Shown one piece after another: positions 1 through 13,245 of a DNA stretch of 64,000 bases; within the stretch, counting starts at the first letter, position 1; the number at the start of each line of letters is the position of its first letter. The DNA lies in assembly GCF_000150275.1 (NCBI RefSeq), contig NW_002060943.1, positions 11,346,878 to 11,410,877 on the forward strand, in the 5' to 3' direction. Source of the DNA: Trichoplax adhaerens. Its lineage: Eukaryota; Animalia; Placozoa. Under the pieces are notes generated by a model. The model saw only the letters and a program-made list of their open reading frames with translations. It ran no database searches and was not told the DNA's origin. Both the position numbers and the translations under genes were made by a program.

Positions 1-84
1 GTTGTATGTTTCGTAAAGTGGTCGAATACGCGAGTGCATAGGTGCTTATATCAAAGTCTTGATGATGATTTACGGGCAAAGTAA
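1..84 (+). CDS. Possible last coding exon of a neighbouring gene cut by the window edge (VVCFVKWSNTRVHRCLYQSLDDDLRAK*)
   Basis: Frame 1 is open from base 1 to TAA at 82-84 and is more GC-rich than the flank. It reads like a post-transmembrane tail with a YxxL motif. No family recognised. Confidence 0.3.
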   Translation, partial: VVCFVKWSNTRVHRCLYQSLDDDLRAK

Positions 85-758
85 ATTATATTTCGACAGT
101 TGACAGCATGCACATACTCATATAGTAAATTTCACTTCAAGTTTTTTTGTAGTATTGCTGTAAATATAGTTACTGCTTAACAAATGTTAAATGTATATGT
201 ATATCTCACACACTTATATTAAAAGAAAAGACTGCTGATTCATATGTCAATTTTATGCGGTATATCAATTTACGCAGGATTTTCATATTCATTAAGAAAT
301 AGTTTAATCCTATAGTCCAATCACCGATTTAACGTGTTACAACATGGCAGAGTAAGACAAAAATTGCAAATGAGCTTTTTTGTCTTGGGCAATTTCAATC
401 GCAGCAATTAGTTAAATCAGAAAGTAATAGTTTACTTTGATAATGCAACAGATTTTATCATGCGGTATCAATACCGACAATGAATGTACATCGCTACATT
501 ACTCCATACTCGTAGTAATAAGTACTTCGGATAGTTCAAACATGGATCTATCAATGGAAATATTCTCCTCTGATTACATTACTAGCAAATCGTAAAAAAA
601 CTCTCCTTTTAATCTACTACTATATTCCAGTTTTCATGTTACTTTTTGCAGTACTATAAATTCATTCATAATAATGATCTATAATTTTCATAACACTAAA
701 TAAGCTACATTCTCTTGAGGTAAACCAGTAGTAAAAAATTTTAAGGCGCTGTAATAGA

Positions 759-3700
759 TCAGACGGCGGTATCGTCCTTTGCTGGGCTTTTCACTGGCGC
801 TGGGCTTTTTACTAGCGCTGGGCTTTTTACTGGCGATTTAGCGGGAATCCTCTATAATGATTCATGCAGTATAATAGATCAATTATACCAATAACGTATG
901 ATTGTGCGCATAAAAATGCAGGTACAAAACAATTAGTTTATTTAAACTACCTTGGTTGATCCAACGTGTTTGGCATTAGTAATCTTTTCTGCTAGTTCCC
1001 GCTTAGTCTAATTTTTGATTTGATGTTCATGAGTGAAAAAATATTATATAAATAACAAAGATGACTATGATTAGGATGTTACCTTTGCCAAATCATCTGC
1101 TAGTTTGCTGTGCTGAGCTTCTAAAGAACGGTAAGCTTCATCTCGAGCAGTTAGAGCTTTCGATTTCTGATCCAGTATCGTATCCGCCGACGAAAGCTTC
1201 GATTTTACCTAATTTTTGATATTATAAACATACCGTATAAAATTAGTATTTGACTGTACTAATTTAACTAATGGTGGTATAGTTTTGGTTGTACCTCATC
1301 TAATTCTTTGCGTACATCCTAAAAGTAAGTAAAAAAGGTAACAAAAATTATGGTATATTTTTCAATAATATTTAAGGAATCGATCGATAGAGATATCAAC
1401 CAACGAAATGATTAAATAAAAAATAAATATTTTTATAAGTTTGCAATTACAACGTACTTGCATATCATCATTGTTCTTTTCCAATTTCTGTAAATATGTA
1501 CAAATATGAAACAACGTTATTTTTTGTTTACTATTATAGATATTTTTTAGAAATACATTAGAATGACATACAGTGAGTTTTTCTTTAAGTTTCGAAGCAG
1601 CCACTCTTTCTGCAATCAAATCTTGATTATATTTATTCGCTGTACTGCCAGTCTTGAATATTATTTTATTAAAAAGAATAATTTAGCGTTAAAGTAGAAT
1701 TTATCAACTGCTATAATATACAGTAGTAGTTGTACCTTAGCTAATTCAGTCTGCAGTTGTTTCAGCTCTACCCTCAATTTACCCGTTTTATCTTGAGACT
1801 CCGCTACTGCTATTTCCAGCTAAAGGAATAAAAATTTATCGTAACGCTCTTGTAATACTGTAATTACAACAATACTTTAAGTAATTATAGAATACATACT
1901 TTTTTGGAATTGGCAGTTAAATCATTATTACGCGAATGTTCTTTGTCTAGCTCCTTCAATGAATTTTCAAGCTTGTCACTTAATTCCTAAATTTATTATA
2001 TATTGTAAATACATTAATAAAATAAGTATTGAAAGATTAGTTGGATCTGAAATAGGATTATACCTTCATATTCAATTCATAACGATGACATTTGTCCTTT
2101 TCCTGTTTAATATCATCCTTAAGCTTTTGTACCTGTTGAAAGATCAATTATAACAGAATATAAATAAAATATTTTCACCGTAGTATTATTTAAATGCATT
2201 CGTATACATTAACCTCAATTTTTAGCGTTTCTTGCAAGACTTCAGTAGACTTATTACTAGTAGCTTGCTGTTTGATCTGTAATTCATAGGAATTAATGAA
2301 AACATGCATATGTTAAAAGGCATAATAGCTACAATAACACGATATTTAGCTAATTTTTTATCATGTTTATTAAACCTCGTTCTCTTTTTCTTTGTTAAGT
2401 TGTGCTATTTGATTTTTCAAGTTCGCTTCATTGTCCGAAGATGTCTTTAGCAATTTTTGATAATTATCTACCTGTAATTTAAAACGAAGCAGATCAATTA
2501 AATTAACAAGGTTGCGTCATGAAGTTCCAGGATGATAAGTAAAATAATACAGTAGTTCTTTTGAGATGTAATTAACCTCAGCGCGCAGCTTCTTTTCCAT
2601 CTGAGTAGCTTTAGAGGTTATATTATCGCAGAAATTTTTAACACCATTGCCAAAGTGAACTGTCCAGTTGGTTATGTCCTAAAAATAATCATGGAAATAT
2701 AACGTTAAAATCCATTTTAATGAGCTATAAGTTTTTGTAAAATAGATTGTGATCATCAAATTTTGTACACTCACTAGCGAAGCATCCTCTTTCACTTCGG
2801 GGAAAGAATTTTTCAAGTGTGCCTTTAAGAATACATAATTGATATGATATTTAACATATTGCTACATCATTTTTATTATATTGAATGAATAAAATAGTTT
2901 ACTTTCGGTATTGATAGAAGTAAAATACTTTATTATTTCTAATATCACTCCTTTATAAGAAGTGATATAATGTACGATTAAGTGTGCGAATACCTTAGTC
3001 ACCGTATGAACTTGTTGTAATTTATCTTCAACCTTTTTCAATTGCTGTCATTAGATTAAAATTGTACTGAATTAGGGCAAATAGCAGATCTACGCATATA
3101 CTTTTACTTATAATAATAAATTAATTTTGATAGACTTACTGCATCATTATTTGTGATGTTATGACGTAAGTCACTTATGGATTTCTCTTTAGCTTTAATC
3201 TCTGATTCCAACACCGTTATTTTTTGATCTTTTTCCGTGATTACTTTCTCTGTAGATTTTTGCAGATCATTTATCGAGTTTGTCTTTTGTGACATTGCTT
3301 CTTCTAAAGATTTGATCGTTAAATCTCGATTTTTAATGTCAGTTTGCATGTTATTGTAAGCTTCTTGAGTAGTTGCTTCTTGCTGAAGTAACAAGTTATT
3401 CTGTTGCAAAAGTTGATCTTTGTCTTTTGAGAGATTTCCTAATTTTAAAGTGGACTCCTTAAGTTTCTTTTTGATTTCATCCAGCTCCGATCTTAACGCA
3501 TCCATTGCATTATCTTTGTTGGCATTATCAGTATTATTATTTTCAGCAGAATGAGCATTCTCTCTTATATTAGTTTGTAAGTTTTGTAGCGTATTTTCTT
3601 TTTCCGTTATAATCTTTTGTAATTCTTCACATTTCTTTTGTAGTTCCTTCTGCTTTCGTTCTGAATCTTGTCTTGTGATAGTTGATCTTTTTATCTCTTC

Positions 3701-6700
3701 ATTTAAATTCTTGATAGACTTCTATCAAATAAACATATATAATAAAGTCAGTTATAAAGTATTTAACTTTTCGTACTAGAGTTTTATATAAAAGTCGTGG
3801 CAGTAGCATACATCTTTTTCTTTTTCAAATACATCCAATTTTGATAGTAATCCCTGTATATAAAAGAATGAATGAGCATTTTGTGAGTAGACTTCGAATA
3901 TTATGCATGGATAATATCAATATATACAGGTAGTACTTACCTCAACTGTTTTAGTTATGGTAGCGATATTGCTCTTCTGATTTACAATATCATTTCGTAT
4001 TACTTCACATCGATCGCCAATGGTTTTGCTAGATTTTGAAATCACTTGGAATTTGCTGATACTAGTTGAAACAGCCTCAGCAATTTCATGTAAACGTTTT
4101 ATTACAATTTCTTCGTCTTCAGTTTGTGGTATTAAAGCTTTGGTGAGAGGTACAAGTTTAGCTACGTGCAGTTCGTTCGCACATTGTACTAACTCATCTT
4201 TAAAAGCCGTAATATATTCAAGTGTCTTATTTCCAGATACATGAGGCTAGATATTAAATAGGAATTTAAGTTCCGTATTACTTATGCAGCTTATATTGTA
4301 CGGTGTAAATATTACTATTAATCCTTATTCAAACCTTTTCTGCTTTATCACTTTTATATTTATCTAGTTGTTGTTCCAAACTCCTTATTTTATCTTGACA
4401 TCTTCTTAATGTATTGTCTTTTTGTGTACTTTCTTGAAGTATATCGTTTAATTTCTGATTAGATGATTTCAACGATTCATTTAGCTGTTTATTAGTTGTT
4501 TGACTGAAATTTAAAGGATTGAATAGTATTAATTTATAAATACTTAAGCACGCGGTTTAAAATTTATTGTAAATATCGCTAATTGTTACTTAATAAATGC
4601 TTACAGTTGTTCAAGGTCGTTCGGTATCTTTGAATAAAAAAGTTAACAATTATATTAGTTAGTCATTAATGCATTTATACTATTAAAACGGCAATTTAAG
4701 CATAAAAATTTTTAATACTGCACATAATCACAGCCTTAGCAATAAGCATTCATAGATAAACTTGAATTAATTCATTCTTAAATAAAGGCATACTTGATCT
4801 GGTAACTTTTTCGGGGATGTCTTTTGCCGTAATGCAAGTAATTGTTCCTTTAATTCGGCTATTTCTTTTACCTTCAAAGAGCATGTAGGAGTTAGTAATA
4901 ATTCTTGATCAATAATAACATCGTATAAAATTGTACCCGTATTGCTAAATAGAATAAAGTAGCTATGTACATACCTGTGCAGCAATTTTGTTATTAGCTT
5001 TGTTATAAAGACTGTCGCGTTTCACTCGTTCTTCGCTTAATTGGTTTCTATTAAATGATTCACCATTATATATACAAAAAATTATATATTCAATAAATCT
5101 TTATATAAGGTGTCCAATTAGAGGGGAAAAAATAATAGATCTATATATTACGAGATTTAGTAATAGTTTATCGCGTTACAAATTGTTTACTACTACATTT
5201 TCTTTTATTTAACTACCTAATTATTTATCATATTTATCATTCTAATTTTACTATATCTATCTTTGTAAGAATAACCTGATGTCCTTGATTTGCTTTAAAA
5301 AGTTACGATTGCTTTCTTTTTCTATAATAAAAATTATATTAAAAATTAATTTTATTAGTTATGTTGCTAATATTACAGTATAACTTCTAGTAACACAATT
5401 CAAATAATAAAAAGTCTAGTCGTTCTTGTCATGCCTTGAGTTAGTTCTGCTTCTTTAATTTGCAATTGTTTTCTTATGCTAACAATGCCAGCGCCTTTCA
5501 CGGAAGACTAATTTAAAGAATATAAAGCAATTCATCAGTGTTAGCGTCCAAAGGCTAACTCTTTTAAAAAATTTAGAACTATACACAGTATAAAATGTAA
5601 TTCATAACGACAACATCAGTAAAAAAATTTAAACTTTATTAGCAAACCTTTTGCCATGTTCCATCTGATTGCTTCTCTAACAAATGATCAATTACTAGTT
5701 GAATCTCTTCTTCAGTAAAAGTAGAAGAATCCAATCTTTTCACAATATCGTTAGCTGTAGCGCCTTCACCTGATCAAGAAGATTTGAATGTATATCAATG
5801 CATTCATATTGAATTAAATTTCGTACTAATAACAATCTTTACGATATACAATCGATATAAAAATCTGGTATAGTATACGGTTGCATGATAACTATGGTAC
5901 TTTTATTCAAAACGAATATATGAGATAGCATCAAAATTAATGCCGAGATCTATCAGAATGTCAGATATTTTAAAGATATTATAAATTACTAAAAATATCC
6001 TGATTTATAGTTTTGTCAATGTACGATTCAAGAATATATATATTTTACTAAAATATCGAATCAGGTGTCAAATTCTATTTAACCATATGCGTTATTTTAT
6101 GTATTTACAGCATGGGTAAACACTTGTTCACTACGTTCACACTTCCAGCTACTCTAATTTTACCTGCTATCCTACTAAACTTTGCAGTATGCTACATAGC
6201 GCTCTAAATTTAAAACGTTCCTGATAATAGAATCTTTCATAGGTGTAGATCAGAATTATACGCACAACATTGTAAGTGATTTTATTGACTTTTAGTAACG
6301 TTGATTCTTTGTTACTATGCCCATGGTAATCAATCTTCTCAGTATTTGGTAGTTTTAATTTTTAAAACTATCTATTTTAATAATTAACTACTTCTGGACA
6401 GAATTGTTACAATTTCATCATGTGTAAGAGGATTTATTTACCTTGACGGGTAGTTTTCTTTCGCTTGTTAGATTGGCTCAATTTCTGTTCAGTTGGTAGT
6501 GATCTTTTATTTCGAACTTCGCTGGCAGATTTTCCATCATCGAGACTCTTGGCATTTGTAGTTTGATTTACATCTGCTATTTTACTTCCAGTAGTTTGCT
6601 TTGATTCTGTAGGCACTTTTTGCTGGCTTTTAATCACAGATGCACTGGGATTTTTATCCGACTTGACAGAAGTCTTTTTGACTTCACCATTTGCAGTTAT

Positions 6701-7168
6701 TGTGCTAGATAATCCAGTTTTACCGGACTTCTTGGACGAGTGATCCTGTTTCGCTGTAGTATCTTTAGTTTTGTTGGCCGTATGTTTTTGCTTTTCATTA
6801 GCTACTGTTACCTTCTCGTTAGTTTTTGATTTTATATCATTTGAATTATGGTCATTTTGGTTGCTAGCCTGCACAACACTATGACCAGATTCATTATTGG
6901 AATGGCTAACTGATGTAGATTGCTGTTGATCGAGGCTGGCGTGAGTTAAGCTGCTCTCGTCACCACTGTCATTTTTTTTCTTTCTTTTAATATGCTTAAT
7001 AGAACGATTCTTCTTACTACCTTTACTGGTAGTTTGGGCTAGTTCATATTGCTGTTGCTCTGCAATAGCTTGATCGTAACTTTTTTCTCCAGTGGTAAAT
7101 AAGGTCCAAATTACAAAAGAAACAATACCGCATCCTATCAATGCGCTAATGATTATTGTGATTTCCAT
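759..7168 (-). CDS. RRBP1: Ribosome-binding protein 1 (p180)/kinectin-like ER membrane coiled-coil protein, multi-exon
   Basis: N-terminal hydrophobic anchor followed by EKSYDQAIA (cf. RRBP1 ETSYEEALA) and a Lys-rich stretch. Spliced exons give TWQK-SSVKGAGIVSIRKQLQIKEAELTQEKE, then many coiled-coil exons. The last exon ends KDDTAV* (TGA at 761-759). Confidence 0.8.
781..835 (-). repeat. 18-bp coding tandem repeat x3 (VKSPAx)
   Basis: gctgggctttt(c/t)act(g/a)gc repeated three times inside the last RRBP1-like exon. Confidence 0.9.
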
Positions 7169-7732
7169 TCGTACTACCTAAATGAGTAGATTAGTCGGTT
7201 TTACTCGATTATTCTACACAGTCGATATTATATAATTACGCTATATGTACTGCAAGTTAGAAAAAAGTGATACCAGACTTTCACATTTACTTTGATTTTA
7301 ACTTTTTCAGTATAAAAAAAAGTCAAAACAAGGATAATTACTTGTAATTCTATGAGATCTTGAGCACGCTGTAGTTAAAGTAGAGTTGTGAATGATAGCT
7401 GCTACCTGCCGGCACCAGGCTCGATGTCGACTTGGCCTCACAATAGATTTTGGATTCTATCTAAAAAGATTCGAAGTGATAATTCATTTTAGTACTTAAG
7501 TACGTATTTACTGGACAAATAAAAGAAAAATTGTTTTTATAATACCATGTAGAATGTTTTTAAGTTATTAATATTGAAATACTGTAGATACTATATCATT
7601 TAATTATTCAATGCACGAGTACGTCGATCATTTCAGTCCATAATACCAGTCAATATAGACAGAAATCAAACATCTAGATTAAAAGCGATGGACTGTACTG
7701 TAAAACGCATGTAAAACGTGTAACTGGGAATC

Positions 7733-7842
7733 GATAGCAATACTAAGCTTGATATATACCGTACGTTTTGGTCAGTAATGATTAGTAATGATAGCAATAC
7801 TAAGCTTGATATATACCGTACGTTTTGGTCAGTAATGATTAG
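7733..7842. repeat. Recent tandem duplication, two identical 53-bp copies (57-bp period)
   Basis: gatagcaatactaagcttgatatataccgtacgttttggtcagtaatgattag at 7733 and 7790. Confidence 0.95.
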
Positions 7843-10370
7843 CGTAGGTGGTAGTGAATGTTAATAAATGACAGTGGATGATATCTTAATTAGTAGCTGT
7901 TTAGTTTATTATCCCTACAACGAAGAGACGCGAGAGCCATCTAATGTTAAGCGGTTCACTGTCACTAAGTTAGAACTTACCGTAGCAGTACCGTATCTTG
8001 TACTCTAAAATGTAAAATGTTGCTATTCAATGTCAGCTTTGAACGTGCAATGTAGATGTCAAGTGGTGAAAGTAGGCTCGATTCTATTTACGGATTTGAA
8101 TATAAGGTCCAGAGTCCAGAGCAGGAATGAACCTGCTTAACTTTGTACAGAGGCGTCGACTATATGCCGTGCGAATAAAGCGTGTAGACTGTAGAGTATT
8201 ATCCTTCTGATCGTGCATGCTGTATTCGGACTGTGCTACCTTATTTAAGGGCGTTGAAATATGATTTGATATATTTGTTAGCTTTTCCATTTGTGATAAT
8301 ATTGCAAATGCTGTCTCAAAGTGAAGTTAATTTCTTCCTATTCTCACTATCACTGCCGTTACTGAATATTCACTGATAATACAGTACATAATAGTCTATC
8401 TATTCTAAAAAAGTACAATAGCTCCTGTAACCACTATACTGTACTGTAGCGTGTGTTTATTTAAGAAAAGTAAAGTTACAGTACAGTATATTGTAGTTAA
8501 CTATTTCTAAATTAAAGCCAATAGAGTCCATTTTGTTGCTAGCTTTGGAACATTAGTATGATTAGCTTACAAGAGTGAAGAATATGGATTAAATCCATAA
8601 GAAAAGAAATCAAATAAAGACCATTACCCCAGCCATTGAAAGTAGGGTATTCCTAATCGAATCGCTTAATGTATATTCTACAACTCTAGTTCAGTACAAT
8701 GGCTACACGATAGTTTAGATCGACTGAAAAATAGGTAGATTACCTTCTACCGATTAGGATGACATATTCAAATTCAGATTATAACCCATGCAAAACTAAT
8801 AATGGTATCTAATTTAGCGCAGCTGTTAAGAAAATCTGTTACCCTTTTAATCCGTGATAATACTGGTGGCTTTGAAAATCGGCAATGAACCGAGAATGAG
8901 CGATCTCTTTCTAGGTGACCGCTACCAGGTAGACTTGGTGATTATGCAGTGAAATCTTAAAGCACAGGCCATTGAAAATAGTACACGAGTCTAAGGAATG
9001 TGGCCACTACCTTAACTTGATTATACACCCGTATACATGGAAGTATGTAACAATAACAAGTTAAGGTATTGTGCACAATTCTTTAGGATGCCCTACTGTG
9101 CAGTGTAGGGGAAAGGGTTAGTGCACCCTTCGCTCTGTTTACACACATACTGGACATTGGGGTTAGTTTAATTAGCGTCAAACATACTGTATAAAGTCAG
9201 GTAAAGTTGTCAGGGATTGCCACTCTTGTTTATTGGTAGCTGTACATTCCATCCAGTACACACTGCTGTTGACTCTTTGATTATTTTTTTTAAGGGCTAT
9301 GATAAAAGAGAGGCACGCAGTGATGCAGAACAACTACGTAGTTCAACTGAAAGGCTGAAATTACAGTAATGCCAATCTGAGGTATCGTTACATCATGATC
9401 TATGATACTTTCTTATTAATAACTAATTATGTATTACCAATCTATTCTATTATACAACTGGTTGAGTTTAGAACTAGTTTATGATAATAAGTGGGTTGCT
9501 TGAATGGTGTCGTATGTCATTAGTCCCATAAACTGTCGTATCGATAGGTAGTCGCAAAGTAATGATTTAAAGTAAGCAATAACGAAATCCAAAAATGCCA
9601 ACTCACACCAGGTTTAGACTGGGATCTTTGTAGTGGTAAAATAACAAAGACGCAGTCCCTTAATTCACATAGTTGACTCAATTCAAAGTTATCCACGTGG
9701 CTGTGCTATTGATACATTCAACATCGATAAAATGTCTAAGTTAGTGTAAAAAGTAATCGTAATAATTCTTTTCCCCAAAATTGATCGCATCTGTAATGAT
9801 AGTACATTGACTCACTATTATAAGCTTATTATAAGGTGTGACTGCATCAACACCTAGGTATTGCACAGTAGGTTTTTTCTTCAAAGGTGGATCCTCCAAA
9901 TGACTTGTACAGTAATCATTTCGAATTTACTAGTATGTAATCGATCCTTCATTGTCAATGATAAATAGTTTAATGGCCTTTGCGCCGTGTTTACCCCTGT
10001 TGAAATGCTTTACATGCGTAAAATTCACTCAGCGGAAGCCATGATTAAGATTGGATGCTATAGTTACAACGTCATTACTATACACTAAAGAGAACCATTC
10101 AAGCGAAACGATCTTGCAGGGTAATAAAAGTATAAACTGATTTGGATAGAATGTTTGTATTATCCATTACAGAAAAAATGAGAATGATAGGTAGCGTTGC
10201 TGCTATGATTAAAATGTATCAATAGGTCATGCATAATTAAATACTTGTAATCGGTTTCTCTTATTAGAGAGGAGAAATAGAGAATCCTGTGCTTTCACAA
10301 ATGATGAATATTATTGATAAATGTTGAAAACTGTAGAATGTACAGAGTTGAAATCAATATGCTGATAACC

Positions 10371-10530
10371 GTATTTTGATATCGAGCGATCTCTTTTAGA
10401 TTGTCTGCCTAATCGATTTGCATCTTCTAGATCAAATTGACAATCTCTCAGTTGGTATTTTGATATCGAATGATCACTACTAGATTGTCCTACTTGAATC
10501 AATCTGAGTTCAGGAGTAAGTTGACAATCG
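10371..10530. repeat. Diverged 84-bp tandem duplication
   Basis: gtattttgatatcga..gatc..tagattgtc..ttgacaatc recurs at 10371 and 10455. Confidence 0.8.
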
Positions 10531-12590
10531 ATGAAATGGAAGTATTCAAAGTCTAGTCAAGCGAGGCTAGTTACGTCGGGATGTCTCCACGTGGGCACGA
10601 TCGAGATCGTAGCCTTGATATTATTATTAATTCAAATACAAAACGGGACTTTCAATGCCTACTGCACAGCAGGGCTTGGAAAGTTTCTATATTTAGTCCA
10701 ACGGTAGAAAAAAAAGCTTCCTCATTGCAGAAATTGTATTGATGTAGTTGGAGCAATTTGCAGCGGCCAATTTTAGTCATCGGTGGGTTTGAACTAAGTG
10801 AAAACTGCTGGATAGGTCAACTAGCGATTGCCGTCCGTCCACAGGCGGAAATCAATGATAATGATGCACTGTGTCGTTGCAATTCACTGCCAGTGTCATG
10901 ACTGAATTTTATGAAATGCTTTTACGATTGCCAACTGTCTTGACTGATTACATCTTCTTTACATAGACAAGATTTTGGAATACTAGGAAGGATGAAAAAT
11001 TGATTCATTGAAAGTCTTCTTGTATAGTCACAATCAACTTGGAATAAAGTGCTATAGTTTAGTGTTTGTGCTGTAGTATCATGGTATTGTCTATGGCTTT
11101 GTTGTTACTGCAACATACAGTAAGAGCCGTTGTGGAGTGGTTTAGTACTGTAAACAATACGGGGTCTGACTTGGGGTCACAACGATAAAGCGTACAATAC
11201 CGTGGATACTGATTACTACCACGACAGCTCCTAGTGGCACATGTTAGAGTGTCACATGTACGGTAACGAGTGTAATGCAAAATGGGGACCAATAAGCAGC
11301 TGACACGAGTTGTCTACAAAGCAATTCAGTACATTTTTAATAGTAATCAGAAGAGTCGCTAGGGGATATTTTTCTTCAGCATGAACTGTTGCTATTCAAT
11401 GTCCACTTAAGAAAATCTTGATTTCTCTTCTTGTTTAACTAGCATGCTTATTCAATGTCTCGGCAAGATAGAAAGATTGTTATACATAAACATTCTACTA
11501 CAGAAAGAATGTTTTGGTCATGATCAGCTCCCCCAAAATTAAACTACTTTACTATACGGTAGCGTACACTCTAGGGGTCTCTAGTGTACACCACCATCAA
11601 TGAATTTTATTATTGACACTGCAAGGAGAATTTCACTAGCAGTGAATATTATACTTTGCCAGACAGCTATTAAAAGTGTAGACCGTAGTACAGGATATTA
11701 ATTTACTGGTTTCTATTATACTGTGTTAAGACTAACTTTATTTTTAAAAACGTGAACACTTTTTCTTTTACTATGTCAATTACAAATTCTCAATGTTCAG
11801 TGAATTCAATCAAGTTCACTGTCAACTTTGTACTACGGTACGCCAATAGTGATGCAGAGTAATAGCTCGATTACTTATAACTCGTTGATAGGATACATAA
11901 TGACTTTCGAAGTCTAGGACAGAATCGATGACATACTGTACGTTGAATACTGAGTTTCAACTGGAATAACGTTACCTGACAGTCCGGATCACAGGTAAAG
12001 GTTAGCTGTCATGTAGTCATGAGATGGCATCACTTTTAGGCTTATATTAGGCAGTACAGTGGAGATATTCCATGATTCAAAATGACTCAATGTAACAAGG
12101 TGGTATATACTCGGATCCATTATACGAATATACGTACGGTAGACTCGAAAGCAAACGTATAGTTTTCAGCGTACAACATTGTACAGTATATGATGCGATT
12201 GAAGGGCATAACGTCTATTTTTAGCGAAACCACTTTAATTGTTGCATTAACCTTGTAGTTTATCCGACATAGAAGGATACACTATTCAAACTTCTATGTG
12301 GTCCGGCGTTGTTGTTCAGATAGAATAATCTCTCGCGGTTATATTGGAATAGAAGATAGTATCCTACTGTATTGTCGATTGGATATCTTGGGCTTGCGAT
12401 CTTGAAATTGGCTTTCGATGATTAATTCTTCTTTGTTGTAGTCAAAAGCACTAGGGGGCTAACGTAGTTACTGCCAAGGTGTTAATCAAAGTGACTATCG
12501 TTGTCTTGCTACCACTATTCAATACAGTGTATACAAGCACTTTCGATACAGGCAATGGCTACGAAAGATTGGGATGGCAATCTGGATTAC

Positions 12591-12730
12591 CTTGCTTTTT
12601 CAACCCAACAAACGCGGTAGAGACGCACAAAGCTATTGGCTGTCGAAGGCAGTTTTACTACTTTCAGTCCTTGAAGAATGGCGAGCGTAAAGCAGTCCGG
12701 GACGGCACGCCGCGCTATCAACCCACTACT
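12591..12730 (-). promoter_or_regulatory. Putative non-coding first exon of the RRBP1-like gene
   Basis: Locally GC-rich segment ending in AAG|GTAATC (GT at 12590-12589). An acceptor TTTAG lies 9 nt before the ATG (AG at 7179-7178), implying an upstream UTR exon. Confidence 0.5.
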
Positions 12731-12734
12731 AACC

Positions 12735-13245
12735 ACAGTGTGTACTGTACAGTATACAGTACTGTACACTGTACAGTAATCTTTACTCAGTACTGTACAA
12801 GCGGTGAGCATGGCTCTGTCTGTACAGTGTACAGTACTTTACAGTTTCTAGTACAGTACTGTACACTGTACACTCAGTACGGCAGTTCACTGGTGACGGT
12901 CACCATGCTACCGGTGTCACGCGCTGTCGTTGACGTTGCCTTATCACTGTAACCTGATCTCAACTTCCTTTTCTTTTTTTTTTTAAATAAATAATACCTA
13001 AATAATATTATTACAGTAGATATCCCCGCCCCTTCAATGCTGCAACGTGAAGGGTACTCACTAAAATGACCCACACCTGGTGGCTGAAGCGGCTGGCTGT
13101 CGGACGTGCCAGGTGTACCGTGTACAGGCTGTAGTAAGACTACAGTATTGTACAGTACCTCACCGAAAGACGAGTTCACTCTGTACAGTACTGTACAGTA
13201 TGGAGAGTAGAGTCCATTTGGAGTACAGTACTATACTGTACTGAC
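12735..13245. repeat. TACTG/CAGTA low-complexity array in mixed orientation
   Basis: Dense tactgtacagta/tacagtac units around a GC-rich core. Includes the hairpin tggtgac-g-gtcacca at 12891-12905. Confidence 0.9.
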
